64,000 nucleotides of DNA from Kiritimatiellia bacterium (GTDB lineage Bacteria > Verrucomicrobiota > Kiritimatiellia > CAIQIC01 > Lenti-01), in NCBI GenBank assembly GCA_040768005.1, contig JAXGNL010000009.1, positions 1,471 through 65,470 of the forward strand, given 5' to 3'. Position numbers and translations under genes: made by a program. The first letter of the stretch is position 1. The number at the start of each line of letters is the position of its first letter. The notes under the pieces were generated by a model that made no database searches, was not told the DNA's origin, and saw only the letters and a list, made by a program, of their open reading frames with translations. Below are positions 27,240 through 40,130 of this stretch, one piece after another.

Positions 27240-28358
27240 TCAGGGGACGGGGGCGGGGGTGTGGTGGCGGGAGGGGACGAGGTTGCGCCGGTACCAGGCG
27301 AGGAGCAGGCAGGTCATGGGCAGGGCGATCAGGAGGCCGAGCGCGCCGAGCAGCCGGCCCCAGATGCTGAGCGACAGCAGGATGGCGACGGGGTTGAGCC
27401 CGAGGCTGCGGCCGATGATGCGCGGCACGAGCACCATGTCCTGGAGGGTTTGCACCACGGCGAAAACCAGTCCGCACAGGGCCAGGGCGATCCAGACATT
27501 GCCGCCGGAGGCGAGGGCGCCGAGGGCGGCCAGCAGGAAGGCGGGCACCGCCCCGACGATCTGCAGATAGGGGACCATGTTGAGCAGGCCGATGAACAGA
27601 CCCAGCAGTATGCCCATGGGCAGGCCGATGAGGGCGAAGCCGGCGGCGAACAGGATTCCGACCAGGGCCGCAACAGCGGCCTGCCCGCGGAAGTAGCGGC
27701 GCATGCCTTCGGCGAATTCATGGAGGAAATCGAGGGTGGCGGCGCGGTAGTCTTCGGGGATCATGTTGGGCCAGGCGGCCTGGAAGTGGTCGTAGTCCGC
27801 CAGGAGGAAGACGAGATAGAACAGCACGATGACGAGGCCGACGGTGCCGATGACGAGGCTGGCGGCGCCGGAGAGGATTTTCCAGGCGCCGGGCACGGCT
27901 TTCTGGAGGGCGGTTTCGGCCCATTGCCAGAGGCGCTCGGGGGTGAAGAATTCCTGGAAGTCCGGTTCGGAGAGACGCTGGGTGAGGCCGGTCCAGAGGT
28001 CCTGCGGGAGGCGTTCCTGGAGCCAGGCGGGCAGCTGCAGGTTGGCGGCCTGCCGCAGCAGGCCGCCGAGGGCGGCGAATTCCCGGGCCAGCACGGGGAC
28101 CAGTCCCACCACGAGGGCGGTGGCGGCCGCCAGCACCAGCAGCAGGCTCAGCGCGACGGCGGTCTTGCGGCCGCGGACCCGGCGCTGGATGGCGCAGACC
28201 AGCGGATTCATCATGTAGGCCAGCAGGACGGCGACGGCGAAGGGCGTCAGGACTCCCTGCAGAAGGCCCAGCAGGTGGATAAGGCCGGCAATGACGGCGG
28301 CGCCGATGGCCAGGCGGATGACGCGGTCGAACGTGAATTCGCGGTCGAGCAGTTTCAT
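27240..28358 (-). CDS. AI-2E family (PerM-like) transporter
   Basis: ATG 28358: MKLLDREFTFDRVIRLAIGAAVIAGL... Polytopic, ...LNMVPYLQIVGAVPA... ATGA overlap with the ATPase stop. Confidence 0.8.
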   Translation of the reverse strand: MKLLDREFTFDRVIRLAIGAAVIAGLIHLLGLLQGVLTPFAVAVLLAYMMNPLVCAIQRRVRGRKTAVALSLLLVLAAATALVVGLVPVLAREFAALGGLLRQAANLQLPAWLQERLPQDLWTGLTQRLSEPDFQEFFTPERLWQWAETALQKAVPGAWKILSGAASLVIGTVGLVIVLFYLVFLLADYDHFQAAWPNMIPEDYRAATLDFLHEFAEGMRRYFRGQAAVAALVGILFAAGFALIGLPMGILLGLFIGLLNMVPYLQIVGAVPAFLLAALGALASGGNVWIALALCGLVFAVVQTLQDMVLVPRIIGRSLGLNPVAILLSLSIWGRLLGALGLLIALPMTCLLLAWYRRNLVPSRHHTPAPVP

Positions 28359-31066
28359 GGGGCGGTTCCTTTCCGGCGGGCGGCGGCGCGGGGCCGCCGG
28401 CGTTCCAGATGGACGATGGCGAAGGTCAGCAGGCCGAGGGCGGCGGTGGCGCCGAGCGCCGGGAGGGGCAGCGGCTGCAGCCGGAAGGCGCGGGCCAGGA
28501 CGGGGATGTACATGACGCCGAGCTGCAGGGCCAGGGTCACGAGGGTCAGGCCGGCGAGCGCCGGGTTGGGGCCGAAGCGGAAGGGGGTGCGGGTCAGGGA
28601 GCGCAGGCCCCAGGCCTGGCCGATCTGGGCAAAGCCGATGGCGGAGAACAGGACGGTCTGCCACGCGTCGCCGCCGGGACGGAAGCGGTGCCAGGCCCCG
28701 GCCAGCAGCAGGGACGCGGCGCAGATGAACAGGCCCATCCAGCCGACGTGCCAGATGGCGGCGCGGTTGAGGATGGGGGCGTCGGGCCGGCGCGGGGGCC
28801 GGTTCATGACATCGGGTTCGGAGGGCTCGAGGCCCAGTCCGAGCCCCATCAGGCCGTCGGTCAGCAGATTGAGCCAGAGCAGATGAAGGGGGCGCAGGGC
28901 CATGGCGCCGATGCCGGCCAGGGGGGCGCACAGCATGACCAGCACCTTCGCGAGATTGCCGCCGAAGGAATATTTGATGAAGCGGACCAGGTTGTCGAAA
29001 ATGGTGCGGCCTTCTTCGGCGGCGGCGACGATGGTGGCGAAGTTGTCGTCCAGCAGGACCATGTCGGAGGATTCCTTGGCGACATCGGTGCCGGTGATGC
29101 CCATGGCGACGCCGATTTCGGCGCGCTTGAGGGCGGGCGAATCGTTGATGCCGTCGCCGGTCATGGCGACGATCTGGCCGCGGTTCTGGAGGGCGGAGAC
29201 GATGCGCAGCTTGTCCTCGGGGGAGACGCGGGCGAAGACGGATACCTCTTCGCAGCGGGCTTCGAGTTCGTCATCGGCGAGGGCGGCGAGTTCGGCGCCG
29301 GACAGGACGAGCGGCTCGCCGCCGCCGGGGGCCAGGTTCAGGCGGCGGGCGATGGCGGCGGCGGTCAGGGGGTGGTCGCCGGTGATCATGAGGGTGCGGA
29401 TGCCGGCGGCGTGGCTGCGGGCGACGGCGGCGCGGACTTCTTCGCGGGGGGGATCGAGCAGGCCGGCGAGCCCGCAGAAGACCAGCTGGTCTTCGATGTC
29501 GCGGGTGGAGGCGCCGGGAGGCGGCGGCGCCTGGAAGCGGCGGAAGGCGAACCCGAGCACGCGCAGGCCTTCCGCCGCCATGCGCTCGTTGGCGGCGAGG
29601 AAATGGCGCCGGGCGCTGTCATGCAGGGGCACGATGCGATCGCCGGCGAGCACATGGGTGGCGAGATCGAGGAGGCCGTCGGGGGAGCCTTTGACGGCGG
29701 CCAGGACGGGGGCATCGAGAGGCGGGGGCAGGGGGTAGTCGCCGAGGCCGCCGTGGTGCAGGGTGGTCATGCGTTTGCGGTCGGAATCGAAAGCGAATTC
29801 CGCGAGGCGCGGCACTTCCCGGGCCAGGGACTGGGTGGGGAGTCCGGCTTGTTCGGCGGCGGCCAGCAGAGCGGTTTCGGTCGGGTCGCCGATCCCCTGC
29901 GGGGGGCGGCCGGTTTCTTCGAAGACCAGATGGGCATCGTTGCAGAGCGCGCCGACGAGCAGAAGCGGGAGGGTTTCGGTGCGGACGTCCGGGGCGGCCG
30001 GGGCCGGGGCATTCAGCACGGGCACGTCGTGGTGCAGGGTGTGGAGGCGGGCCACCGTCATGCGGTTTTCGGTCAGCGTGCCGGTTTTATCGGTGCAGAT
30101 AACGGTGACGGCGCCGAGGGTTTCGACGGCGGGAAGTTTGCGGATCAGGGCATGGCGCTTGAGCATCCGGCGCCCGCCGAGGGCAAGGGTGGCGGTAATG
30201 ACGGCGGGGAGGCCTTCGGGGACGACGGCGACCAGGAGGCTGACGGCGGTGAGCAGCATGGCGGTGAAGGGTTCGCCGCGGAGCAGTCCCATGGCCAGCA
30301 GCGCCAGCGCGGCGCCCAGTCCGGCCAGCGACAGGTGCTTGCCGACCTGAGCGAGCTTGCGCTGCAGGGGGGTGCGGCCGGAATCGATGTTCTGAATCAT
30401 GCCGGCGATTCTGCCGAGTTCGGTGCGCATGCCGGTTTCGACCACGACGCCGGATCCGCGGCCCTGGGCGACCAGGGTGCCCATGAAAGCGAGGTTGGTG
30501 CGGTCGCCCAGGGGCATGGCTTCTTCCGCCAGGGGGGCGGTCTGTTTGCGGACGGCTTCGGATTCGCCGGTCAGGGCGGCTTCCTGAAGCCCGAGGTGGA
30601 TGCAGGTGAGCAGGCGGAGGTCGGCGGGAACGACGTTGCCGGCTTCGAGCAGGACGATGTCGCCCGGAACGAGGTCGCGCCCGGGGATTTCGCGGATTTC
30701 GCCGTCGCGCCGGACGCGGACCGCGGGGCTGGCCAGCTGGCGAAGGGCGGCCATGGCTTTTTCGGCGCGGAATTCCTGGATGAAGCCGAGGAGGCCGAAC
30801 AGGAACACGATGGTCAGGATGGCGACGGCTTCGACGAGATCGCCAAGGAAGAAGGACAGCACGGCGGCGGCGACCAGGATGAGAATCAGCGGTTCGACAA
30901 ACTGGGCCAGAAGCATTTTCCAGGCGGGCCGGGAAATGGTTTCCAGCAGTTCGTTCGGGCCGTGGGAGGCGAGGCGGGCGGTCGCTTCGCCGGCGGAAAG
31001 TCCGTTCGGCGACGTGCGCCGGTCCGCCAGGACCTCCTCAACGGGCTGGGTGTGCGGGGCGGTCAT
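28355..31066 (-). CDS. P-type cation-transporting ATPase (P2/Ca2+-type)
   Basis: 903 aa. ICTDKTGTLTEN, MITGDHP, VAMTGDGINDSPALKRA, LTGESE. Confidence 0.95.
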   Translation of the reverse strand: MTAPHTQPVEEVLADRRTSPNGLSAGEATARLASHGPNELLETISRPAWKMLLAQFVEPLILILVAAAVLSFFLGDLVEAVAILTIVFLFGLLGFIQEFRAEKAMAALRQLASPAVRVRRDGEIREIPGRDLVPGDIVLLEAGNVVPADLRLLTCIHLGLQEAALTGESEAVRKQTAPLAEEAMPLGDRTNLAFMGTLVAQGRGSGVVVETGMRTELGRIAGMIQNIDSGRTPLQRKLAQVGKHLSLAGLGAALALLAMGLLRGEPFTAMLLTAVSLLVAVVPEGLPAVITATLALGGRRMLKRHALIRKLPAVETLGAVTVICTDKTGTLTENRMTVARLHTLHHDVPVLNAPAPAAPDVRTETLPLLLVGALCNDAHLVFEETGRPPQGIGDPTETALLAAAEQAGLPTQSLAREVPRLAEFAFDSDRKRMTTLHHGGLGDYPLPPPLDAPVLAAVKGSPDGLLDLATHVLAGDRIVPLHDSARRHFLAANERMAAEGLRVLGFAFRRFQAPPPPGASTRDIEDQLVFCGLAGLLDPPREEVRAAVARSHAAGIRTLMITGDHPLTAAAIARRLNLAPGGGEPLVLSGAELAALADDELEARCEEVSVFARVSPEDKLRIVSALQNRGQIVAMTGDGINDSPALKRAEIGVAMGITGTDVAKESSDMVLLDDNFATIVAAAEEGRTIFDNLVRFIKYSFGGNLAKVLVMLCAPLAGIGAMALRPLHLLWLNLLTDGLMGLGLGLEPSEPDVMNRPPRRPDAPILNRAAIWHVGWMGLFICAASLLLAGAWHRFRPGGDAWQTVLFSAIGFAQIGQAWGLRSLTRTPFRFGPNPALAGLTLVTLALQLGVMYIPVLARAFRLQPLPLPALGATAALGLLTFAIVHLERRRPRAAARRKGTAP

Positions 31067-31146
31067 CTGGAGGCTTTCAGGGGCATAATCAAACGGCGCC
31101 GTTCAAGCCGCAAGGCTTTTCGGACGCCGGGGACAGAATGATCATC

Positions 31147-31221
31147 TGGAGGCGCGGATCGGAATCGAACCGATGAATAAGGATTTTGCAGACCCTCGCC
31201 TTACCACTTGGCTACCGCGCC
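31147..31221 (-). tRNA. tRNA-Cys (GCA)
   Basis: Reverse complement GGCGCGGTAGCCAAGTGGTAAGGCGAGGGTCTGCAAAATCCTTATTCATCGGTTCGATTCCGATCCGCGCCTCCA folds as a cloverleaf. Anticodon loop CTGCAAA; CCA is encoded. Confidence 0.9.
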
Positions 31222-31389
31222 ATTCATGTCGTGGGGCAAGATAAGGGGAGACCCGCGGTCTGTCAACCGTTTCGCGCCGGATGGCCGTTTTCCACCGGCC
31301 TTTCAGACTTGCAATTCCGGGCGATGGGCGGAAAATGTCCGGTTGACACGCTGATTTCGGGCGTAAAGCAAGTCGAAAGGAACAGGGAC

Positions 31390-32499
31390 ATGAAGCATAC
31401 GATGGCATGGACGGGCCTGTTGGCGCTGGTGCTGGCGGCGGGATGCGGGAAAAAGGAAGCGCAGGTTGTCACTCCCGGCGGGATGAAGGCGGACGAGGTG
31501 GCGGTGTGGGTGGATCAGGCGGGCATTACGCACGGCCAGATCCAGCGCGAGGCCAGCCGGCTGTTTTCGCATGTGCCGCAGGACACCCCCGCGGAACAGA
31601 TTCCGCGGATCCAGGCGCGGATCCTGTCGCAGGCGGTGGACAATCTCGTGGTGCGCCAGCTGGTCAAGGGGGAGATGGAGCGCTCGGGCGTGCTGATTTC
31701 GCAGGAAGAACTGGAGCAGGGGAAGAAGGATCTCGAAAAGGGGCTGGGGGAAGGCCATTCGCTGGTGATGCTGCTGGCGGCGGCGAACCTGTCCATCGAG
31801 GATCTGGAAAACAACCTGCGGCTGGACCTGTTCAAGAACAAGGTGGTGAAAGAGAAGGTCGAGGCCGCCCAGGCGGAGATCACGGACGATGTGGTGCGGA
31901 AATACTATGACGAGCACATTGACGAGTTCACGATTCCCGAAGGGCGGATCGCCTCGCACATTCTGATCCGGGTGCCGGCGAACGCGGAGGAAGCGGTCCG
32001 GCTGGATGCGCGGGCCAAGGCCGAAGGGGTGCGCAAGGCCCTGCTGGAGGGGGCGGAATTCGAAACGCTGGCGCGCGAGGTGTCGCAGTGCGCCAGCCGC
32101 AGCCGCGGCGGCTCGCTGGGCGTGGTGCCGCGCGGACGCGAGGCGCCGGCTTTCGAGGAAGCGGTGTTCTCGCAGGAGATCGGGCAGATCGGGGAGGTGG
32201 TGGAATCGCCGGTCGGCTTCCACGTCATCCGGGTGGATGGCGAGCAGGAAGAGAAGGTGGTGCCGTTTGAAGAGATCGAGAACCGCCTGCGCGTGCAGCT
32301 GCGGGCCCGGGTCCAGCAGCGGATCAATGCCGAGTACATCCGCGAACTCCGCGAAAAGGCGATGATCAAGCTGGAGGGGGATCTGGCGAAGATGGCGGAA
32401 GCCGCCGAGGCGGCGAAAGAAGAGGCGGAAGAAGCCGAAGAGCCGATCGTGGCGATTCCGGAAGCGGCCGCCGGCGAGCCTGCGGTCACCGCGCCGTAA
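31390..32499 (+). CDS. lipoprotein peptidyl-prolyl isomerase (parvulin / SurA-PrsA-like)
   Basis: MKHTMAWTGLLALVLAAGCG lipobox. PpiC domain ASHILIRV...GGSLGVVPRG...FEEAVFS...VESPVGFHVIRV. Confidence 0.85.
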   Translation: MKHTMAWTGLLALVLAAGCGKKEAQVVTPGGMKADEVAVWVDQAGITHGQIQREASRLFSHVPQDTPAEQIPRIQARILSQAVDNLVVRQLVKGEMERSGVLISQEELEQGKKDLEKGLGEGHSLVMLLAAANLSIEDLENNLRLDLFKNKVVKEKVEAAQAEITDDVVRKYYDEHIDEFTIPEGRIASHILIRVPANAEEAVRLDARAKAEGVRKALLEGAEFETLAREVSQCASRSRGGSLGVVPRGREAPAFEEAVFSQEIGQIGEVVESPVGFHVIRVDGEQEEKVVPFEEIENRLRVQLRARVQQRINAEYIRELREKAMIKLEGDLAKMAEAAEAAKEEAEEAEEPIVAIPEAAAGEPAVTAP

Positions 32500-32538
32500 C
32501 GGGCGGGCCGAGCCGCCCGGAGCGTCCGGGCGGCCCGG

Positions 32539-34566
32539 TTGGCGGGAGCACAGGGCATGATTGCGCCGATGCCGGAGGGGTCTGCCGTCGCCGGGCAGCC
32601 GTTGCGCGAACTGGCGTCGGGTTTTTTCCGGGCGGATGGCGCGCTGGGCGGGTTGTGCGGCGACAATTTCGCGTACGAGGCGCGGCCCCAGCAGGTCGAG
32701 ATGGCCTGCGCCGTGGCGGATGCGCTGGAGACCGAAGGCCATCTGATGGTCGAAGCGGGCACGGGCGTGGGGAAGAGCCTGGCCTATCTGGCGCCGCTGA
32801 TTCTGCATGCCGGACGCATCCAAAAGCGCGTGATGGTGTCCACCCACACCATTTCGCTTCAGGAGCAGCTGGTGGGCAAGGATCTGCCGCTGCTGCAGGA
32901 ACGGCTGGGCGTGCCGTTCCGGGCGGTGCTGGTCAAGGGGCGTGCAAACTATCTGTGCCGGCGCCGGCTGGCGCGGGCGCACCGCCACCAGGGGGAATTG
33001 TTTCCCGATGCCGTGGCGCGGGACCTGGAGCGCATCCGGGCCTGGGCGGACTCCACCGAAGACGGCAGCGTCCAGGAGATGAGCCGGCCGCCCCTGCCGG
33101 AGGCGTGGTCGGCGGTCTGCGCGGAGCACGGCAACTGCCTGGGCGGAAAATGCCCGGAGCGGGCGCGGTGTTTTCTGCAGCGGGCGCGCGCCCGGATGCA
33201 GGATGCCGACCTGCTGGTGGCGAACCACCACCTGCTGTTTTCCGATCTGGCGCTGCGCATGCAGGGGGCCAATTTCCTGCCCGACGTGACGGCGGTGGTG
33301 ATGGACGAGGCGCATACCGTCGAGGATACCGCCAGCGAGCATCTGGGCATCCGCCTGTCGCCTTATGCGTTCGAACACTTTCTGCGCCGGCTGTACATTC
33401 CGGAAACCGGCAAGGGGCTGCTGGGCTATCTGCGGGCGGGCCCGGCGGCCCAGACGGCCGGCCGGCTCTGGGAGGCGGTGGCCGATCTGTTCCATGCGGT
33501 GACGAAGGCGGCGGGGCTGTCCGCGCACGAGGGAACCCGAACGGTTCCGCATCCGCTGGAGGTGGATACCGAGGTGCCCGAACTGCTGCGGGAACTGTCG
33601 AGCCGGCTGGGCACCCTGATCGAGGAACTGGAAGGGCGGGACGAGGATACGCGCTCGGAACTGAAAGGGCTGCGGGGACAGGCGGCGGGACTGCGCGGCA
33701 TGCTGGAGGCCTATCTGGGGCAGCTGGAGCCGGATCACGTGTACTGGATTTCGCGCGAGGGCCGCCGGCGCCAGCCGGTTCTGCATTCGGCGCCGATCGA
33801 GGTGGCGCCCATTCTGGCCAACAGCCTGTTCGGGGCGCTGCGCAGCGTGATCCTGACCAGCGCGACGCTGGCGGTGGGCGGCCGGCTGGACTACTGCCGG
33901 GACCGGCTGGGCGCCGGCCCGGACTGCGCCCTGCGCTGCCTGGGCTCGCCGTTCGACCATGCCCGGCAGATGCGGCTGCACGTGGCGACGAACGCCCCCG
34001 ACCCGAAAGACAAGGACGCCTTTGCCGATGCCGTGGCGCGGGGGGTGCTGCGCTGGAGCTTGAAAACAAAAGGACAGGCGTTTGCCCTGTTCACCAGCGA
34101 GGAGCTTCTCCGGCGCACGGCCGGGACGCTGCGCGCCCCGCTGGAGGCGGCCGGCCTGACCCTGCTGGCGCAGGGGCAGGGCATGGCCCGCCGGGCCATG
34201 CTGGAGACTTTCCGCACGAACAAAGGCTTTGTCCTGTTCGGGCTGGACAGCTTCTGGATGGGCGTGGACGTTCGCGGCGAGGCCTTGAGCAACGTCATCC
34301 TGACGCGCCTGCCGTTTGCGGTGCCGGATCATCCGGTGGTGGCCGCGCGCCTGCGGCGCATCAAGGAGCGGGGCGGCGACCCGTTCCGGGAATATTCCCT
34401 GCCCGAGGCGGTGCTGAAGTTCCGCCAGGGCTTCGGGCGGCTGATCCGCTCGCAGACCGACGAAGGCATTGTCGTGGTGCTGGACTCGCGCCTGCTGACC
34501 AAATGGTACGGGCGGGTCTTTTTCCAGTCGCTGCCGGAATGCCCCGTGGACACGTTTGAACTGTAG
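32539..34566 (+). CDS. dinG: DinG/Rad3-family ATP-dependent DNA helicase
   Basis: EAGTGVGKSLAYL, VVMDEAHTVED, Cys cluster CAEHGNCLGGKCPERARCF, C-terminal helicase C_2 region. The start could instead be ATG 32557. Confidence 0.8.
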   Translation: MAGAQGMIAPMPEGSAVAGQPLRELASGFFRADGALGGLCGDNFAYEARPQQVEMACAVADALETEGHLMVEAGTGVGKSLAYLAPLILHAGRIQKRVMVSTHTISLQEQLVGKDLPLLQERLGVPFRAVLVKGRANYLCRRRLARAHRHQGELFPDAVARDLERIRAWADSTEDGSVQEMSRPPLPEAWSAVCAEHGNCLGGKCPERARCFLQRARARMQDADLLVANHHLLFSDLALRMQGANFLPDVTAVVMDEAHTVEDTASEHLGIRLSPYAFEHFLRRLYIPETGKGLLGYLRAGPAAQTAGRLWEAVADLFHAVTKAAGLSAHEGTRTVPHPLEVDTEVPELLRELSSRLGTLIEELEGRDEDTRSELKGLRGQAAGLRGMLEAYLGQLEPDHVYWISREGRRRQPVLHSAPIEVAPILANSLFGALRSVILTSATLAVGGRLDYCRDRLGAGPDCALRCLGSPFDHARQMRLHVATNAPDPKDKDAFADAVARGVLRWSLKTKGQAFALFTSEELLRRTAGTLRAPLEAAGLTLLAQGQGMARRAMLETFRTNKGFVLFGLDSFWMGVDVRGEALSNVILTRLPFAVPDHPVVAARLRRIKERGGDPFREYSLPEAVLKFRQGFGRLIRSQTDEGIVVVLDSRLLTKWYGRVFFQSLPECPVDTFEL

Positions 34567-34652
34567 CGCCCGGGCGCGCGGGGAAATCGGGCATTGATCG
34601 GGGGGAGGGGGAAGGCTACAGTGACGGATCGAATCCATTTTGAGGTGAATCC

Positions 34653-37289
34653 ATGGCGTATCCGCATTCCGAAATCGAGGCCCGTTGGCAGCAGTACTGG
34701 GAGCAGCACAAGACCTTCCGCACCCCGGAGGAGCCCGACCGTTCCCGGCCGAAGTTCTATGTCCTGGACATGTTTCCGTATCCGAGCGGCCAGGGGCTGC
34801 ATGTGGGCCATCCGGAAGGCTATACGGCGACGGACATCCAGGCGCGCTACCGGCGCATGAAGGGATTCAACGTCCTGCACCCGATGGGCTGGGACTCGTT
34901 CGGGCTGCCGGCGGAACAGTACGCGATCAAGACCGGCGAACATCCCCGGGGCATTACCTACCAGAACATTGATAATTTCCGCCGCCAGCTGAAAATGCTG
35001 GGGTTCTCGTATGACTGGGACCGCGAGGTGGCGACGACGGACGACGAATACGTGCGCTGGACGCAGTGGATTTTCCTGCAGCTGTTCCGGAAGGGGCTGG
35101 CCTACGAGGGGGAGATGCCCGTGAACTGGAGCCCCGACCTGTGCGCGGTGCTCGCCAACGAGGAAATCGAAGAGTGGCGCGCGAAAGGCCACAAGGTGGA
35201 GCGGCGCGCCATGCGGCAGTGGGTGCTGAAGATCACCGAGTACGCCGAGCGGCTGCTGGCGGACCTGGACGGCCTGGACTGGCCCGAGAGCATCAAGGAA
35301 ATGCAGCGCAACTGGATCGGCAAGAGCGAGGGCGCCGAGGTGGATTTCGCGATGGACGGCGAAACCATCCGGGTGTTCACCACGCGCCCCGACACGTTGT
35401 TCGGGGCGACCTACATGGTGCTGGCGCCGGAGCATCCGCTGGTGGACAAGGTCACCACGCCGGAGCAGCGCGCGGCGGTGGAGGCCTACCGCGCGGCGGC
35501 GGCGGCCAAGAGCGACCTGGAGCGCACGGAACTGGCCAAGGACAAAACGGGCGTGTTCACGGGGGCGCACGCGGTGAATCCGGTGAACGGGGAGTCGATT
35601 CCGGTGTGGATTGCCGACTACGTGCTGTGGGGATACGGCACAGGGGCGATCATGGCGGTGCCGGCCCACGACACCCGCGACTATGAGTTTGCGCAGAAAT
35701 TCGGCCTGCCGATCGTGCAGGTGGTGCAGCCGCCGGAAGGGACGGACTGGCGCGGATACGTGGACGACGGCGTCGCCGTCAACTCCGGCGAATTCGACGG
35801 CCTGCCGACGGCGGAGTTCAAAAAGAAGATCACGGCGTGGCTGGAAGAACAGGGTCTGGGCCAGGGCAAGGTGAACTACAAGCTGCGCGACTGGCTGTTC
35901 AGCCGGCAGCGCTTCTGGGGCGAGCCGTTCCCGCTGCTGCACTGCGAAAAATGCGGCGTGGTGCCGGTGCCGGAAGAGGACCTGCCGGTGCGCCTGCCCG
36001 AGCTGACGGATTACCGTCCCACGCCGGATGGCCAGCCGCCGCTGGCGCGCGCGGAGGAGTGGCTGCAGGCGACCTGCCCGGTCTGCGGCGGACCGGCTCG
36101 GCGCGAAACCAACACCATGCCGCAGTGGGCCGGCTCGTGCTGGTACTATCTGCGTTACATCGATCCGAAGAACGACCGGGCGCTGGCCGATCCGGAAAAG
36201 GAAAAATACTGGATGCCCGTGGACCTGTACGTGGGCGGCGCGGAGCATGCGGTGCTCCACCTGCTCTATGCGCGTTTCTGGCACAAGGTGCTCTTCGACT
36301 GCGGCGTGGTCTCCACCCCGGAGCCGTTCCGGAAGCTGGTGAACCAGGGCATGATTCTGGGCGAGATGGACTACCATGCCGATCCCGCCGCGTTTGCGGC
36401 GCACGCTGCGGCCCTGAAGGAGCGCGGCATCGAGGGGATCGAAGACCGCAAGGACGGCGACGTGGCCTCCATCATCCTGAGAACCCGCCGCGACGGTCAT
36501 TGGGCCGGCCTGCCGGACGACCTGGTGGAAAAGCGCCAGGGCAAGGTGTTCGTCAAGGACACGGACCTGGAAATCACCGGCCGCGCCGAAAAAATGAGCA
36601 AGAGCCGCGGCAACGTGATCAATCCCGACGACATCGTCAAGGAATACGGCGCGGACTCGCTGCGGCTCTATGAAATGTTCATGGGTCCGCTGACGCAGGT
36701 CAAGCCGTGGAGCATGAAGGGCGTCGAGGGGGTGTCCCGCTTTCTCAGCCGCGTGTACCGCCTCGTGGTGGACGACGAGACCGGAGAACTCTCTTCAAAA
36801 CTGTCCGGCGGGGAGCCGACGAAAGACCAGCTGCGGGCGCTGCATGCCGCCATCAGGAAAGTCGGCGGCGACATCGAACGGATGGACTACAACACGGCGA
36901 TTTCCGCCATGATGATCTTCGTCAACGAAGCCCAGGCCTGGGACGCCCTGCCGCGATCGCTGCTGTCGACGTTCGTCCTGATCCTCAGCCCCTTTGCGCC
37001 GCACCTGGCCGAAGAGCTCTGGAACCGGCTCGGGCATCCGGATTCCCTGTCGGGCGAAGCCTGGCCGGAGGTCAACGAGGCGTACCTGAAGGAGGACGAG
37101 ATCGAAATTCCCGTGCAGGTCAACGGCAGGGTGCGCGGACGCATCCGCATCGCCCCGGACGCCGGTGAAGAGGCGGTTTTCGAGCTGGCCCTGGCCTGCC
37201 CGGAAGTGCTTCCGCATCTCGAAGGAAAATCCCTGAAGAAGAAAATCTACATCCCGAAGCGAATGGTGAACCTGGTGGCGGCGGGCTGA
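34653..37289 (+). CDS. leuS: leucine--tRNA ligase
   Basis: 878 aa. [15 protein letters not shown] (HIGH), KMSKSRGN (KMSKS). Confidence 0.97.
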   Translation: MAYPHSEIEARWQQYWEQHKTFRTPEEPDRSRPKFYVLDMFPYPSGQGLHVGHPEGYTATDIQARYRRMKGFNVLHPMGWDSFGLPAEQYAIKTGEHPRGITYQNIDNFRRQLKMLGFSYDWDREVATTDDEYVRWTQWIFLQLFRKGLAYEGEMPVNWSPDLCAVLANEEIEEWRAKGHKVERRAMRQWVLKITEYAERLLADLDGLDWPESIKEMQRNWIGKSEGAEVDFAMDGETIRVFTTRPDTLFGATYMVLAPEHPLVDKVTTPEQRAAVEAYRAAAAAKSDLERTELAKDKTGVFTGAHAVNPVNGESIPVWIADYVLWGYGTGAIMAVPAHDTRDYEFAQKFGLPIVQVVQPPEGTDWRGYVDDGVAVNSGEFDGLPTAEFKKKITAWLEEQGLGQGKVNYKLRDWLFSRQRFWGEPFPLLHCEKCGVVPVPEEDLPVRLPELTDYRPTPDGQPPLARAEEWLQATCPVCGGPARRETNTMPQWAGSCWYYLRYIDPKNDRALADPEKEKYWMPVDLYVGGAEHAVLHLLYARFWHKVLFDCGVVSTPEPFRKLVNQGMILGEMDYHADPAAFAAHAAALKERGIEGIEDRKDGDVASIILRTRRDGHWAGLPDDLVEKRQGKVFVKDTDLEITGRAEKMSKSRGNVINPDDIVKEYGADSLRLYEMFMGPLTQVKPWSMKGVEGVSRFLSRVYRLVVDDETGELSSKLSGGEPTKDQLRALHAAIRKVGGDIERMDYNTAISAMMIFVNEAQAWDALPRSLLSTFVLILSPFAPHLAEELWNRLGHPDSLSGEAWPEVNEAYLKEDEIEIPVQVNGRVRGRIRIAPDAGEEAVFELALACPEVLPHLEGKSLKKKIYIPKRMVNLVAAG

Positions 37290-37318
37290 CGCCCACCGCC
37301 GCGCGAGGAGAGAGGGAC

Positions 37319-38425
37319 ATGGGCAAGTTCTCGAATGCACTGCAAGGAAACCTGAACGACGACAAGGGGCCCGGCAAGGGCCGCGGCGAGCGCCAGCTCG
37401 ACCTGTTTCTGTCGCTCTCCGACCGGCCCGACGCCAAGCCCCGGCTGGCCTCTTCGCATCTGCCGGCCGACGAGGAACCGGCCGGGAATGCGGCGCGTCC
37501 GGAACCGGAGATGGTGCTGCCGCCGCCGCGGGAGCCGCCCGATGTCTCGGCCGAAGTGCGCGCGGTGCTGTCGGAATCCGGCCCGCCCCGGCCGGTGGAG
37601 AACACGGATCCCGGCGGCACGGTCCGGCCGCCGCTGCGCACCGGCATCTACCGGCGTCCGCCCCGGAGGGCGCCGCCCGCGCCCGTTCCCTCCGCGCCGC
37701 GGCCGTCCGGCGGCCCGCCGCTTCGCCGGGCCTGGGGCCGGCTTCGCGATTGGCTGGGGGAGGTGGATCTGGATCGGCGGATGGTCTCGCTGGTGGTGCT
37801 GCTGGTGCTGCTGGTGGCCATCGCGGCCTTCTGGTCGGCCTGTCCGCGTTCGCCCGAGCCGGGCACCACCGTGGACCTGCGGGATCTCCAGGCCGAACCG
37901 GCCGCGCCGCCGGCCGGCGCCGCCGTCGCGGCGGCGCCCGCCGCCCCGGCCGCCCCGGAGTCGCCTTCCGGACCGCCCTTGACCCCGCCGGCCGCTGCCG
38001 CGGCCGCGGACTGGAAGATCGCCGGCGCGGAAACCACGGTGGCCGACGGCGTCTATCACGTCAAGTTCGCCGACCCCGTGTTTGTGTCCGCCAACTACCT
38101 GTCTCCGGAAGGCGTTCGCGCGCTGAAGGCGCTGGCGGCGAAACTGGTGACGCTGAAGGCGGGTGCGCGCGTGACCGTGACGGGCCACACGGACGATATT
38201 CCGCTGAGCCGGCCGACGCCCCAGTTCCGCAGCAATGCGGACCTGGCGGAGGCGCGCGCGCGGGCCGCCATGGAGCATTTGGCCCATTATGCGCGGGCCA
38301 ACAAGTCGCTGACATTTGAAATGCGCGCGGGCACGCTCGCCGACGCGCCGTATCCCAACGATTCGGACCGCAACCGGCGGTTGAACCGGACGGCGACCAT
38401 CCAGGTGGTCCCGGCCAAACCGTGA
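37319..38425 (+). CDS. OmpA/MotB-domain protein with Pro-rich linker
   Basis: C-terminus VTVTGHTDDIPL...NADLAEARARAAMEHL...NRRLNRTATIQV is OmpA-like. One TM helix (VVLLVLLVAIAAFW). Confidence 0.7.
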   Translation: MGKFSNALQGNLNDDKGPGKGRGERQLDLFLSLSDRPDAKPRLASSHLPADEEPAGNAARPEPEMVLPPPREPPDVSAEVRAVLSESGPPRPVENTDPGGTVRPPLRTGIYRRPPRRAPPAPVPSAPRPSGGPPLRRAWGRLRDWLGEVDLDRRMVSLVVLLVLLVAIAAFWSACPRSPEPGTTVDLRDLQAEPAAPPAGAAVAAAPAAPAAPESPSGPPLTPPAAAAAADWKIAGAETTVADGVYHVKFADPVFVSANYLSPEGVRALKALAAKLVTLKAGARVTVTGHTDDIPLSRPTPQFRSNADLAEARARAAMEHLAHYARANKSLTFEMRAGTLADAPYPNDSDRNRRLNRTATIQVVPAKP

Positions 38426-38467
38426 TCCGACGCGCCGTCCCATCTCTCCTGGCAAAGGAATCCTCCC

Positions 38468-40126
<1,659 letters not shown>

Positions 40127-40130
<4 letters not shown>
